DNA from: Thermoproteota archaeon | Lineage (GTDB): Archaea; Thermoproteota; Methanomethylicia; Methanomethylicales; Methanomethylicaceae | Direction: 5' to 3' | NCBI GenBank assembly: GCA_030055545.1 | Contig: JASFYK010000001.1 | Span: 1-49,235 of the forward strand | DNA length: 49,235 nucleotides | Shown here: positions 9,407-18,057 of the stretch, piece after piece | Numbering within the stretch: position 1 is the stretch's first letter | Layout: the number at the start of each line of letters is the position of its first letter | Position numbers and translations under genes: made by a program | Notes under the pieces: model-generated | Seen by the model: only the letters and a program-made list of their open reading frames with translations | Databases searched by the model: none | Told to the model about the DNA's origin: nothing

Positions 9407-9934
9407 TTGGAGTTGCCAAACATGGTCAAGGTTTCATTCAGGTACAAGCCAGAACTCGTGCAGTGGATCAAGAGCTCAGGCTCAGGGAGCACATGGAACA
9501 GGGAAGAGAAGGTTTGGGAGGTCCCTCCGGAGATCTTGGACGAGCTGGGAGCCAAGGCAAAGGAGCTCGGTGTGGAGATCAAGGTGCAGCAAGAGCAAGC
9601 TGCGCCAAAAAGCATCGCTCCCCAGCCCGAGGCACAAGCAAGGCAACAGGCAGGCAAGATGGGGTACATCGAGTATGAGTCGAGGTTCGAACCGGGGAAG
9701 ACCGGGTCAGGAATTGGGATGAAGGCAGAGCCGGGAACGCCAACCCAACGCAGCAGCCCCATCAGGGAGGGGGAGATAAGGCTGAGGCGCTCCAAGGACG
9801 GGAGGTTTGTTCTGATCAACATTAACCTCATCGCGTTTGCATCAGACGTTGAGGACCTCATAAAAGGCACGAAGACGAGCGTCAAGTTCAGGGTGCTCCC
9901 GCCGCCTACATTCAGGCAAACAGGTTCGGATTAG
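9407..9934 (+). CDS. Hypothetical protein with N-terminal HARP-like motif (probable start ATG 9422)
   Basis: N-terminal VKVSFRYKPELVQWIKSSGSGSTWNREEKVWEVP resembles the HARP (HepA-related protein) pattern. A Q/A/P-rich linker and a C-terminal domain I cannot place follow. Good coding look, but no family call is possible by eye. Confidence 0.5.
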   Translation: MELPNMVKVSFRYKPELVQWIKSSGSGSTWNREEKVWEVPPEILDELGAKAKELGVEIKVQQEQAAPKSIAPQPEAQARQQAGKMGYIEYESRFEPGKTGSGIGMKAEPGTPTQRSSPIREGEIRLRRSKDGRFVLININLIAFASDVEDLIKGTKTSVKFRVLPPPTFRQTGSD

Positions 9935-9964
9935 TTCCATTATTTTGCTTAGTGATCCATACAT

Positions 9965-9996
9965 CATTTTAGTTTTTTCCATTTTATAAAAAAAAG
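9965..9996. terminator. Bidirectional oligo-T terminator region between convergent genes
   Basis: T-runs on the + strand (TTTTAGTTTTTTCCATTTT). An A8 run at 9988-9995 reads as T8 for the minus-strand symporter gene. Confidence 0.5.
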
Positions 9997-10006
9997 ATGA
10001 TGATAG

Positions 10007-11464
10007 TTAGGCTTGTTTTTGACCCAAGACCAAGACCCTGCTGACTAGGTAGGAAACTATCAAAGAAGAGGCGACTCCTGGGAAGAACGGGTAGATGGGT
10101 GTTATAGGAGGAGCAAGGAAGAAGTACCAGAGTTGCGCAGAAGCGAAACCGGCAACCATTCCAGCCAACGCACCGTATTTGTTCGCCCCTTTGTAGAATA
10201 GCGCCATGACCAGCGGACCCATGAACGAGCTCGCGAGAACCTGCCATGTGTAAGCGGTGAGCTGGTAAATTAGTCCAGGCGGGTAGATTGCGATGATGCA
10301 GCACCCCAGACTGAGGATAAGCGAAATGATCTTTGTCATCCTTAGCTGGGTCTTGTCAGATATGTTCTTCGAGGCAGGTCTGACCAAGTCCCTAGTGAGC
10401 GTCCCTGCGGTCATGTGGATCAGCGCATCGATCGTAGAGGTCGCCGCACACATTATCCCTGCCAAGAAAAGCACGGAGAGCCAAGCAGGGAATGCACTCT
10501 TCACAAAAAGGGGCACAATCAGATCGTCCTTAAGTGTCATCACATCGATTCCGAATGAGGCGAGGATGGGCCTGGAGAGGGCACCGTACGAGTAGGCGGC
10601 GAGGGGGAAAAGCAGTGATCCGAATGTTGCTATCAGAAGGGCACGCTTAATGTTCATCCTGCTGGATATTGTCGCGTACCTGAGCACCATCTGCGGCTGG
10701 ACGAGCATTCCGAAACCCATAACGGCAGTGAGTCCAATAATGACGCTCCATGTGGTAGTGCCAAAAGCAGGGAAAGTGACGCTTCGAATGTCTATCGCCG
10801 CCATCGCCTCATGTGCCTGAACGAATCCACCAAGCAGCATGTATGAGAAGATCCACACAGCCACAACAGCTATGGTCATCACAATGCCTTGGATAAATTC
10901 AGCAAGGGTGGCTGAGAAGAGCCCTCCGCTGAAAACGTAGACTGCTATGATCGCGCCAGCCACCAGCACACCCACCCAGAAGGGAGTGCCAACAATCGTC
11001 GAGATGGCAGAGCCCATAGCTATGAATGCAGACACGGTATAGGGAATTATGAAAATTGCAATGATGAGTGCTGAGGTGTAACCAAGTATCTTGCTACCGT
11101 ATCTGAGCGAAAGGAACTCTGAGAATGTCATAGCATTGAGCTCTTTGAATGCCTTGGAAAGCCGCGGGGCGAGCACTGCGAAGGCGATCACCGCTGAGAC
11201 GGCGTGCCACATGCCTATCACGGTCGCGCTCATGCCCCACTTGCTAGCCGAACCTGCGAATCCTATCATCAGGACGGCGCTGAAGTAGGTGGCGAAGAAG
11301 GCAACGCCCATGACTATGCCGCCTATCTTGAAGCCTCCAACATACCAGTCACTTATACTGCGAACCTTTTTCTTGCCAAGCCAGCCAACAACAGCCAAGA
11401 TAGCCATGTAGAATGCAATCACCACGATGTATAGAGCGCTGTCCATAAGGTCACTCATCGCCAT
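10007..11464 (-). CDS. Sodium:solute symporter (SSS) family transporter
   Basis: 485 aa and highly hydrophobic, with about 13 predicted helices. Contains the SSS signature-like YVFSGGLFSA. Confidence 0.85.
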   Translation of the reverse strand: MAMSDLMDSALYIVVIAFYMAILAVVGWLGKKKVRSISDWYVGGFKIGGIVMGVAFFATYFSAVLMIGFAGSASKWGMSATVIGMWHAVSAVIAFAVLAPRLSKAFKELNAMTFSEFLSLRYGSKILGYTSALIIAIFIIPYTVSAFIAMGSAISTIVGTPFWVGVLVAGAIIAVYVFSGGLFSATLAEFIQGIVMTIAVVAVWIFSYMLLGGFVQAHEAMAAIDIRSVTFPAFGTTTWSVIIGLTAVMGFGMLVQPQMVLRYATISSRMNIKRALLIATFGSLLFPLAAYSYGALSRPILASFGIDVMTLKDDLIVPLFVKSAFPAWLSVLFLAGIMCAATSTIDALIHMTAGTLTRDLVRPASKNISDKTQLRMTKIISLILSLGCCIIAIYPPGLIYQLTAYTWQVLASSFMGPLVMALFYKGANKYGALAGMVAGFASAQLWYFFLAPPITPIYPFFPGVASSLIVSYLVSRVLVLGQKQA

Positions 11465-11606
11465 CCCCCCTTGATCTCGCCCATATCACGAACGCCAGCG
11501 CAAGCCCGAGGAAGCCAGGAACCCATCCGCCAAGAATTATCCACCAGTCTATCCCTATCGGGCTAAGGTTGGAAGTCTGTGCAATCGATCCCAAAATCTC
11601 GAGCAT
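11451..11606 (-). CDS. Small membrane protein (51 aa), putative symporter accessory subunit
   Basis: Hand translation: MLEILGSIAQTSNLSPIGIDWWIILGGWVPGFLGLALAFVIWARSRGDGDE. The ATG at 11606 is 1 nt after the paaK stop (11608-11610). The 3' end overlaps the symporter ATG by 14 nt. One clear TM helix. Below the 60-aa cutoff of the ORF track. Confidence 0.5.
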   Translation of the reverse strand: MLEILGSIAQTSNLSPIGIDWWIILGGWVPGFLGLALAFVIWARSRGDGDE

Positions 11607-11607
11607 T

Positions 11608-12855
11608 TCAGAGCCTCCTTAGATCGACTACCCTCTTCGCCTTGCCTTCGCTCCTAGGTATGGACCCGGGCGGGCAGATCTCTACGTTCGAACGCAGAAG
11701 GGTTGCGTCCTTTATCTCCTCGAAGATCGATGTCCTCAACCTTTCCACTGCAGCCTGGTTCGAAATGACGGAGCTGTTTACCTCCAATTTTACAGTTATG
11801 TCATCGACACCGCTCAGCAAGATCTGGAAGTTCCCGTTGGACTCCGGGTGGGAGGCTATTATCTTTTCAACTGTAGACGGGTAAACACCTATGCCCCTGA
11901 TCTTCACCATGTCGTCTATCCTTCCCCGCATCCACTCTATTCTACGGTGTGTCCTCCCGCATTCGCACTTTCCGTCTATTATGCGAGTGAGGTCGCCCGT
12001 CCTGTACCTGAGGATTGGCATGGCTTCCCTGTCCAGCGGGGTGATCACGAGCTCACCCTCTTCCTCTTCCTCAAGCGGCTCACCCGTGTTGGGGTCCACC
12101 ACCTCGATAAGGAACCGGTCCTCCCAGACGTGGAGTCCAGACTTAAACGGGCATTCGATTGCTACGCCCGGTCCGCCGACCTCGGCGAGCCCGTAGTTGT
12201 TAAAGGCCCCAATGCCGAGCGCTCCCTCGATCTTGGTCCGCATCTCCTTTGTCCAAGGCTCTGCGCCAAGGATGCCGATGCGGATCTTCAGGGAATCCCT
12301 GAAACCGTTGGACGCCTCAAGCATCTCGATCATCCTCAGGGCGAATGAAGGTATCGCATGGAATACGGTGACCCCGAAGTCAGCCATTACCTCAAGCTGC
12401 TTTTCAGGGTTTGCCGAACCCAGCGGGACCACTGTCAGCCCTAGCTTCTCGGCCCCTTGGATGAGCCCGAGACCCCCGGTGAAGAAGCCTTGTGATGTGG
12501 TGTTCTGGAACACATCCCCTCGCCGAGCTCCAGCACATGCAAGTCCCCTTGCCATCAGCTCTGACCAAATTTCAAGGTCCTTCTTTGTATAGAACGTCGT
12601 TACAGGCTTGTTCGTGCTGCCGGAAGACGTGTGTATCCTGACGACGCGTTGGAGCGGCACAGCAAGGGCCCCGTAGGGGAAAGCATTCACCAGATCCTTC
12701 TTTATGGTAAAGGGTAGCTTTGCCGCGTCGCTGAGCTCTGAGACCTCAATGCGCTTTTCCCTAAGCCTTTCCCTAAGGAATGGTATCTTTTCGGCCCTTT
12801 TCACAGCGGCCTTAAGTTTCTTTTTCTGCAGTCTCTCAATCTCTTCCCTTTCCAT
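11608..12855 (-). CDS. paaK: Phenylacetate-CoA ligase (PaaK / coenzyme F390 synthetase family)
   Basis: 415 aa. HTSSGSTNKPVTTFYTKKD motif and overall PaaK-like layout. Confidence 0.85.
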   Translation of the reverse strand: MEREEIERLQKKKLKAAVKRAEKIPFLRERLREKRIEVSELSDAAKLPFTIKKDLVNAFPYGALAVPLQRVVRIHTSSGSTNKPVTTFYTKKDLEIWSELMARGLACAGARRGDVFQNTTSQGFFTGGLGLIQGAEKLGLTVVPLGSANPEKQLEVMADFGVTVFHAIPSFALRMIEMLEASNGFRDSLKIRIGILGAEPWTKEMRTKIEGALGIGAFNNYGLAEVGGPGVAIECPFKSGLHVWEDRFLIEVVDPNTGEPLEEEEEGELVITPLDREAMPILRYRTGDLTRIIDGKCECGRTHRRIEWMRGRIDDMVKIRGIGVYPSTVEKIIASHPESNGNFQILLSGVDDITVKLEVNSSVISNQAAVERLRTSIFEEIKDATLLRSNVEICPPGSIPRSEGKAKRVVDLRRL

Positions 12856-13111
12856 CCTCTCGATCTCTGGCTGGAAAAAACCATCAGAGGATGTAAAGGC
12901 TATCCCTTCTTCCCACTTTCATCTGCAAACTACCTCCGAAATCACAGTATGCCTGGCAGATAGGGGGTGCGCTAGCAGAACCTCAATAAACGCAAGCCCT
13001 CCGGAAATTAAGCACCCTTTCCTCCTCCAGACGTAGAGAAAAATTCGTGAAAGTTCTATTTAAATATTGTCAACAATCGCCTAAAGCCTTCGTAGCAAGA
13101 ATTACAAAAAA

Positions 13112-14224
13112 TTAAAAGGCTGGATTAGGGCGCGAATTGCTCCTTTCGAGCTCTGAGAGGCGCCTCAGTGCACCCTGCCGATCGCGTTCACCTATCCTTG
13201 CAGCCTCAATTGCGAGCCGCAGTATTTCGATCGCTTCATCCATCTCCTTGCGCCTGACCGGGAATGGGACTCCGTCCTTGCCTCCGAATGCAAAGGAGTA
13301 CTTCACAGGGTCCTTCCAGCTCGGTGCCTCGCCGTATACGAGCTCAGATATGAGAGCCAGCCCCTTTACTGTTGAGGGACCGACGCCCTCAAGACCGAGC
13401 AGTTCCTCATAGTTTTTTGGCTGGGAGTTGTAAGCAAGCTCCAGTGCCTTCCAGTTTACGTTCCAAGGCATCACAAGCATCCGCTCCCCAGTCCACTCTC
13501 CGAGCGTCTGCTGCAGCGGGTCTTTCAATGAAACAATGCTGTTCCTCAGCTTAGTAGGGGGCTCCCTTACCAGGTCTACCGATGTAACCCTGCAACCCTC
13601 CGATTCCATAGCGGTCATATTAAGAACTTCTCCCTCGTCCACTCCGACTATTGCCTTATGGGGTTCGAGAACAAAACTGCTGACGGATTCTGATGCCCAG
13701 TGGAACCGCCTTGCCGTTTTCTTCTCTGCATTAAGACCCTGCTGGACGATGATCCACTTTCCATCTTCGGTGAAGATGAAGCAGTGGTGGTAGAGCACGT
13801 AACCAGCCTGTATGGCAGCGGTGTCAACCTTGGCTCCCATCCTGCTTGCATATCTCAGACCGTCTATCTTGGCGGTGGAGAGGCCAAGCTTGTCTCCGAA
13901 CAAACATATCTCATCGAGGGTCTGCCTCGAGTGCCTGCCTTTCCCGCCGCAAATCGCTATGCCAGTCTCTTCAGGATCGACCGCGGACTTTAGAACTGAC
14001 GTGGTTACCGTTGTGACCCCAGAGGAGTGCCAATCAAAGCCGAGCACGCACCCAAATGACTGGAACCAGAATGGATCAGAAAGCCTCCTTAGCAGCTCAT
14101 CTTTTCCGAACTCGTCTATCATAATAAGCGCAATGCTGCGTGCGAGGGATTTCATTCGCTTCACTAACCAAGGCGGGGCCCAGCCGCCGTGGAGGGGTAG
14201 TTGGGCAGTACCTGTTCTAGGCAT
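13112..14224 (-). CDS. DUF763 family protein
   Basis: 370 aa. N-terminus LPLHGGWAPPWLVKRM and FGCVLGFDWHSSGVTT resemble the conserved DUF763 N-terminal region as I recall it. Confidence 0.65.
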   Translation of the reverse strand: MPRTGTAQLPLHGGWAPPWLVKRMKSLARSIALIMIDEFGKDELLRRLSDPFWFQSFGCVLGFDWHSSGVTTVTTSVLKSAVDPEETGIAICGGKGRHSRQTLDEICLFGDKLGLSTAKIDGLRYASRMGAKVDTAAIQAGYVLYHHCFIFTEDGKWIIVQQGLNAEKKTARRFHWASESVSSFVLEPHKAIVGVDEGEVLNMTAMESEGCRVTSVDLVREPPTKLRNSIVSLKDPLQQTLGEWTGERMLVMPWNVNWKALELAYNSQPKNYEELLGLEGVGPSTVKGLALISELVYGEAPSWKDPVKYSFAFGGKDGVPFPVRRKEMDEAIEILRLAIEAARIGERDRQGALRRLSELERSNSRPNPAF

Positions 14225-14323
14225 ATCAAAAACGATCTCACTGAAGTTGCTTATTTTACTATTGGAATGGCGTCGAGACTGCTATCCGATGAACAGGGCA
14301 TGATTTAAAGATATCCCAATGGA

Positions 14324-14848
14324 CTAGGAAAGACTTTCCCAACCCGAAGTAGTTAGGCATATTAAGATAACACCTACAATCACGCCTGCCACGAAAGGTT
14401 CTATTGGGGCTGGAACCAACAAAGACACTGCAGGCATTACTACGAGTAAGGTCGAGGCAAACAGGGCAAGTGCCCCACCAGTCCTAGAACGCCTCAATAG
14501 CATGTACCCTGCTATGATGAGTATGAAGCTCATGCCTATGATCCCTACACCAAACAGAGTGGCTTTGCCGGCAAATTCTTCAACAATGCGAGTCAGTACA
14601 GGCAACGCACCAAGGGATCCATTGAGATAGAGGATAACTACAGCCGCTGAGGAGGCAATGCCAACGAACCCCACAATTAAGCAGGTCATTGCCGCTAAAG
14701 TTATCTCTAATTTGCGGGGCGTTGTGTCAGAGGGGGCAGTCGACCCGGAATGGGGTTTCGCCAAGGGCTCGCCTCTTTCGTGGATTATTTTAAGATCACT
14801 TTTTTTGGCTCGGGTTGCCCATAAGGCGTTACCAATCATTTTTTCCAC
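14324..14848 (-). CDS. Hypothetical integral membrane protein (about 4 TM helices)
   Basis: 174 aa. Polar N-terminal ~50 aa followed by four hydrophobic stretches. No recognisable motif. Confidence 0.55.
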   Translation of the reverse strand: MEKMIGNALWATRAKKSDLKIIHERGEPLAKPHSGSTAPSDTTPRKLEITLAAMTCLIVGFVGIASSAAVVILYLNGSLGALPVLTRIVEEFAGKATLFGVGIIGMSFILIIAGYMLLRRSRTGGALALFASTLLVVMPAVSLLVPAPIEPFVAGVIVGVILICLTTSGWESLS

Positions 14849-14850
14849 GC

Positions 14851-14916
14851 GTGATTTTATAGTACTTTTTTATTATTTAAATTTTTACGGTGAAAAAGTG
14901 ATTTTATAGTACTTTT
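14851..14916. repeat. Perfect 19-bp direct repeat GTGATTTTATAGTACTTTT (x2) in a divergent promoter
   Basis: Copies at 14851-14869 and 14898-14916, 47 bp start to start. Each contains a TTTATA/TATAAA TATA-like core. Confidence 0.85.
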
Positions 14917-14993
14917 CACTAGATAATTTTACAAAGCAGCACAAAAAAGCATCATGCACAACCCATATTAAATCGGTTTCACTATTTTCAGGC

Positions 14994-15434
14994 ATGGATG
15001 ACAAGGAGAGAGCCAGATCCGAACTGAAGGGCACTACCCTTCGGGTCTACTGGATACTCCTTAAGCATGGGGAGAAAGGAGCAGGCCCGAGGGACATCGC
15101 GAGGGAGCTCGGGCTAAGCAGCCCAAGCGTCGCTGCCTACCATATAGAGAAATTGAGGAACCTGGGCATTGTTGAGAAGACAGGGGAGGGCGCATACGTC
15201 CCTAAGAAGGACGTAGACGTCGAGGTGGTCTCGGATTTTGTGAGGGTGCTCGGTATGATGCTCCCGAGGTTCTTCTTCTACTCGGTCTTTTTCACGACGA
15301 TGCTCATTACATTCTTGATCGTATACCCATTGAGGCCCGATCCGCAGACTGTTGTTGCACTGGTGTTTGGCCTCGCTGCCTCCATGATATTCTGGGCTGA
15401 GACGCTGAGGGTTATGAGGAGGAGACCGTTCTAA
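14994..15434 (+). CDS. Membrane-anchored winged-helix transcriptional regulator
   Basis: 146 aa. N-terminal wHTH (GPRDIARELGLSSPSVAAYHIEKLRNLGIVEK) followed by two hydrophobic helices. Confidence 0.65.
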   Translation: MDDKERARSELKGTTLRVYWILLKHGEKGAGPRDIARELGLSSPSVAAYHIEKLRNLGIVEKTGEGAYVPKKDVDVEVVSDFVRVLGMMLPRFFFYSVFFTTMLITFLIVYPLRPDPQTVVALVFGLAASMIFWAETLRVMRRRPF

Positions 15435-15487
15435 ATATGCTACTCTTGTTCTAAAAAATAGAATTAAATCGCAGGGGTGCGAATTTA

Positions 15488-15829
15488 ATGATAGTGTTTG
15501 GGTTGAGGATAACTTCGATTTTGCTGATTGCAGTTCTGCTTGGGTTTGCAGTAACGTATGCGCCGCTTTTTGCTTTCGGGATGACAGGGACCTGGAGCCA
15601 GACTCAAAACGGTTCTTTGGATTTCCAGACGTCGCAGCCGAAGGGCGAGCATGAGGTCAATGGTACCGAGAATTACGCAATAGATTACAACGACAGAATA
15701 TGCGAGGCGATCCCTGACTCTCCTGCTGCGCCTTTCCTCGGTCCGATCTTGGTAGTTTCCATAGGCCTCATCGTGTCCGCCACGGCATACATCTCTTTGA
15801 AAAGGAAACTCCGAGTCTTAGGAGGGTAG
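15488..15829 (+). CDS. Hypothetical small protein with N- and C-terminal hydrophobic helices
   Basis: 113 aa. Signal/anchor-like N-terminus, polar middle, C-terminal TM helix followed by a KRKLR stop-transfer. Confidence 0.45.
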   Translation: MIVFGLRITSILLIAVLLGFAVTYAPLFAFGMTGTWSQTQNGSLDFQTSQPKGEHEVNGTENYAIDYNDRICEAIPDSPAAPFLGPILVVSIGLIVSATAYISLKRKLRVLGG

Positions 15830-15859
15830 CGGAAGGTGAGACTTCCTTACCGCTTCTTG

Positions 15860-17332
15860 TCACTTACCCCTCAGTGAATTCACGAATCCTTTGACGCACC
15901 CTTTAATTGCCTCGATGAAGGTATGACGAACTCTTGTAGGATCCAACGACTCAAGGGTCCTTATACGGTAGTATAAAGGCGGGTGAGGGTCCCATTTTAA
16001 CCATTCCCCGACATTCACAATCTCGAAAACCCTCGACTGGTACTTCCAGAGACCGAGCTTCCTCAGAGAGGAGGCGAGGAGGCGCGGGTTACCGGTGATA
16101 ACAGCAGCATCGAGATCGGCCCTAGCCTCCAAGAACTTTGCCACGAAGAACAGCAATGTGAATGAAAGGAAGAGGTATGCCAAGTCAATAATTAGGCCGA
16201 ATTGGAGCAGAAGTGGCCACATAAGATAGACCCGGGTCAAGTACTCAGTCGTCGCGAGAGTGAGGAGTACTAGAGGATCCCTTGCCTTGATATGGCTGAA
16301 TTCATGCGCCAGCACAGCCCTGATCTCAGGCTCCTCCATAGTGGCTATTAGTCCGGTTGTTATGAGCACGGTAGCACGCCTAGGCGAGACGCCAGTGGCA
16401 GCAGCATTCGGAGGGAGCACGTTCAGCAGGGTGGTGCGCGGCTCGTTGAACCCAAATCGGCGTGCAAGATCCCTGACTATATCGTAGATGTTGACGGTCT
16501 TTATCCTCACAAGCTGGGGGGTACAGACGGTGCCGTATTCGTTGAGCGCCTTGACCACGACATTTTCGTCGAGAGGCATGCCTACGGCCAATGTGGAATC
16601 ATATATCTTCTTCTTTATTTCAGAGATCCTTGGGAGGCAAATCCTCATCACCTGGTCAAATTCGGTCCGCTTCATTCGGAGCTCTGCAATGTGGATCGAG
16701 TGGTTCTCAGGTGTGATCTCGAACTCCCCCCTGGCGGCGATCAGGCTGTTTGCAAAGAACACTATTATGAACTGCATTGCCACCAGCAGAAGGGGGGTAT
16801 ATTCCAAGAAGAACTGGTAGAGCACGATGCCGAACAGCAGAATTATCATGAAAAGGTAGAGCATGTTTCCGAAGACGACGGATGCGAGTATTTTCTTGAT
16901 CCCCTTTTCCTTTGCGCCAGGGACTATGTTCATCTTCGGGGAGAAGACCAAGTAGAGTGAAGAGCTACTTTGTTCTTGGAAGTAGGTGCGCACTATTGTT
17001 TCGAACTCCATGTCTAGGCCCAGCAAGTCCTTTTCAGTGACTGAGTCGAGCGGGTATGGGGCATAGAACAAGTAGATCCTTTCAGCGGTGAACCTGGCAG
17101 CAATGTCAAGGATGCTCCCGTCGGTTGCAACGAGCCTGTACTGAAGGAGCACACCGTTTGGCTCTGGTGACTTTGTCAGCTGGCTCAGGTACGGGTTGCG
17201 TTCGAGCACGCTCATCACGTATGCGACCACGGGCTCGAATTGGGCGGGATCAATTTTGATTTCGATTGTGGAGGTCCGTGCCCAAGTGTGGGCGGCGGTA
17301 CTGCTCGCGTTAGGGTATTCCAAAAGATCCAT
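15860..17332 (-). CDS. M48 (HtpX-like) zinc metalloprotease with an extra ~150-aa N-terminal domain
   Basis: 490 aa. HEFSH (HExxH) motif followed by a downstream EARAD motif and flanking TM helices, as in HtpX/Ste24-type peptidases. Confidence 0.75.
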   Translation of the reverse strand: MDLLEYPNASSTAAHTWARTSTIEIKIDPAQFEPVVAYVMSVLERNPYLSQLTKSPEPNGVLLQYRLVATDGSILDIAARFTAERIYLFYAPYPLDSVTEKDLLGLDMEFETIVRTYFQEQSSSSLYLVFSPKMNIVPGAKEKGIKKILASVVFGNMLYLFMIILLFGIVLYQFFLEYTPLLLVAMQFIIVFFANSLIAARGEFEITPENHSIHIAELRMKRTEFDQVMRICLPRISEIKKKIYDSTLAVGMPLDENVVVKALNEYGTVCTPQLVRIKTVNIYDIVRDLARRFGFNEPRTTLLNVLPPNAAATGVSPRRATVLITTGLIATMEEPEIRAVLAHEFSHIKARDPLVLLTLATTEYLTRVYLMWPLLLQFGLIIDLAYLFLSFTLLFFVAKFLEARADLDAAVITGNPRLLASSLRKLGLWKYQSRVFEIVNVGEWLKWDPHPPLYYRIRTLESLDPTRVRHTFIEAIKGCVKGFVNSLRGK

Positions 17333-17450
17333 CTCCAGACAAAATCAGGTAGCTTTGCCCGATGAATCTATCAACGTAAGCATATTTGTTTTTTGCCGTC
17401 TTTTTTTATGACTGCAATTATTTCTGGATCAATAATCAAAAAGAACATAT

Positions 17451-17951
17451 TTGGTGGCGAACATATTGAAGACAGCTCAGACCCAAGAAATGAAGGTCAT
17501 TATGGGCGCGCAAAAGGAAGGGGAAATGATGTACCAGATGGACGAGGTAGACAGGAAGATCCTTGCCCTCCTAAAGGAGAATTCCAGGCTTGCCTTCACA
17601 AAGATCGCTGAGGAGGTAGGGCTCTCCGAGGCAGCCGTCAGGAAGAGGGTGGAGAGGCTCCAGCAAGAAGGAGTGATAAAGAGGTTCACGATAGATGTCG
17701 AGACCGGGGAGAAGGTCAAGGCAATAATACTAGTATCGGTCCAGCCGTCGAGACCCAATCCCCTCGTCGCGCAGCAGATAAAGAAGATCGAAGGGGTAGA
17801 CCTCGTCCTCGAGGTTGCAGGCGAGGTCGACATAGTCGCCCTCATATCTGGGGCGTCAATGCAGGAGGTCAACAAGAACATTGATGAGGTAAGGAAGATA
17901 GAGGGGCTGACAAAGACAAACTCGATGATAGTCCTCCGCTCTTGGGTTTGA
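17451..17951 (+). CDS. Lrp/AsnC-family transcriptional regulator (LysM-like position; true start probably the internal MYQMDEVDRKIL)
   Basis: HTH DRKILALLKENSRLAFTKIAEEVGLSEAAVRKRVERL plus a C-terminal RAM-like domain. Lies directly upstream of the lysX cluster. Confidence 0.8.
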   Translation: MVANILKTAQTQEMKVIMGAQKEGEMMYQMDEVDRKILALLKENSRLAFTKIAEEVGLSEAAVRKRVERLQQEGVIKRFTIDVETGEKVKAIILVSVQPSRPNPLVAQQIKKIEGVDLVLEVAGEVDIVALISGASMQEVNKNIDEVRKIEGLTKTNSMIVLRSWV

Positions 17952-17958
17952 TTTTCGA

Positions 17959-17986
17959 AGCACTAAGTGCTAAAAACGAAATTTTT
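17959..17986 (+). terminator. Hairpin AGCAC-TAA-GTGCT followed by a T-run
   Basis: 5-bp stem at 17959-17971 and ATTTTT at 17981-17986, just after the lrp stop. Confidence 0.35.
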
Positions 17987-18057
17987 CCACCGAAAACAAT
18001 TATCGAAATGCTTAAATAACTTCGCCTTTCGAATCTACTCGTCTGAGGTTACGAGAG

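Noticed and set aside
9996-10044. C/D-box sRNA-like pattern (ATGATGA ... CTGA) at the symporter 3' end
   Set aside because: There are no convincing internal D'/C' boxes and no terminal stem. The region overlaps the last codons of the symporter gene and an A/T-rich terminator region, so the boxes probably arise by chance.
17952-18057. Possible hidden lysW mini-gene between lrp and lysX
   Set aside because: No open frame with a start codon and a zinc-ribbon or EDWGE-like translation fits in any of the three forward frames. The spacer looks like terminator plus promoter.
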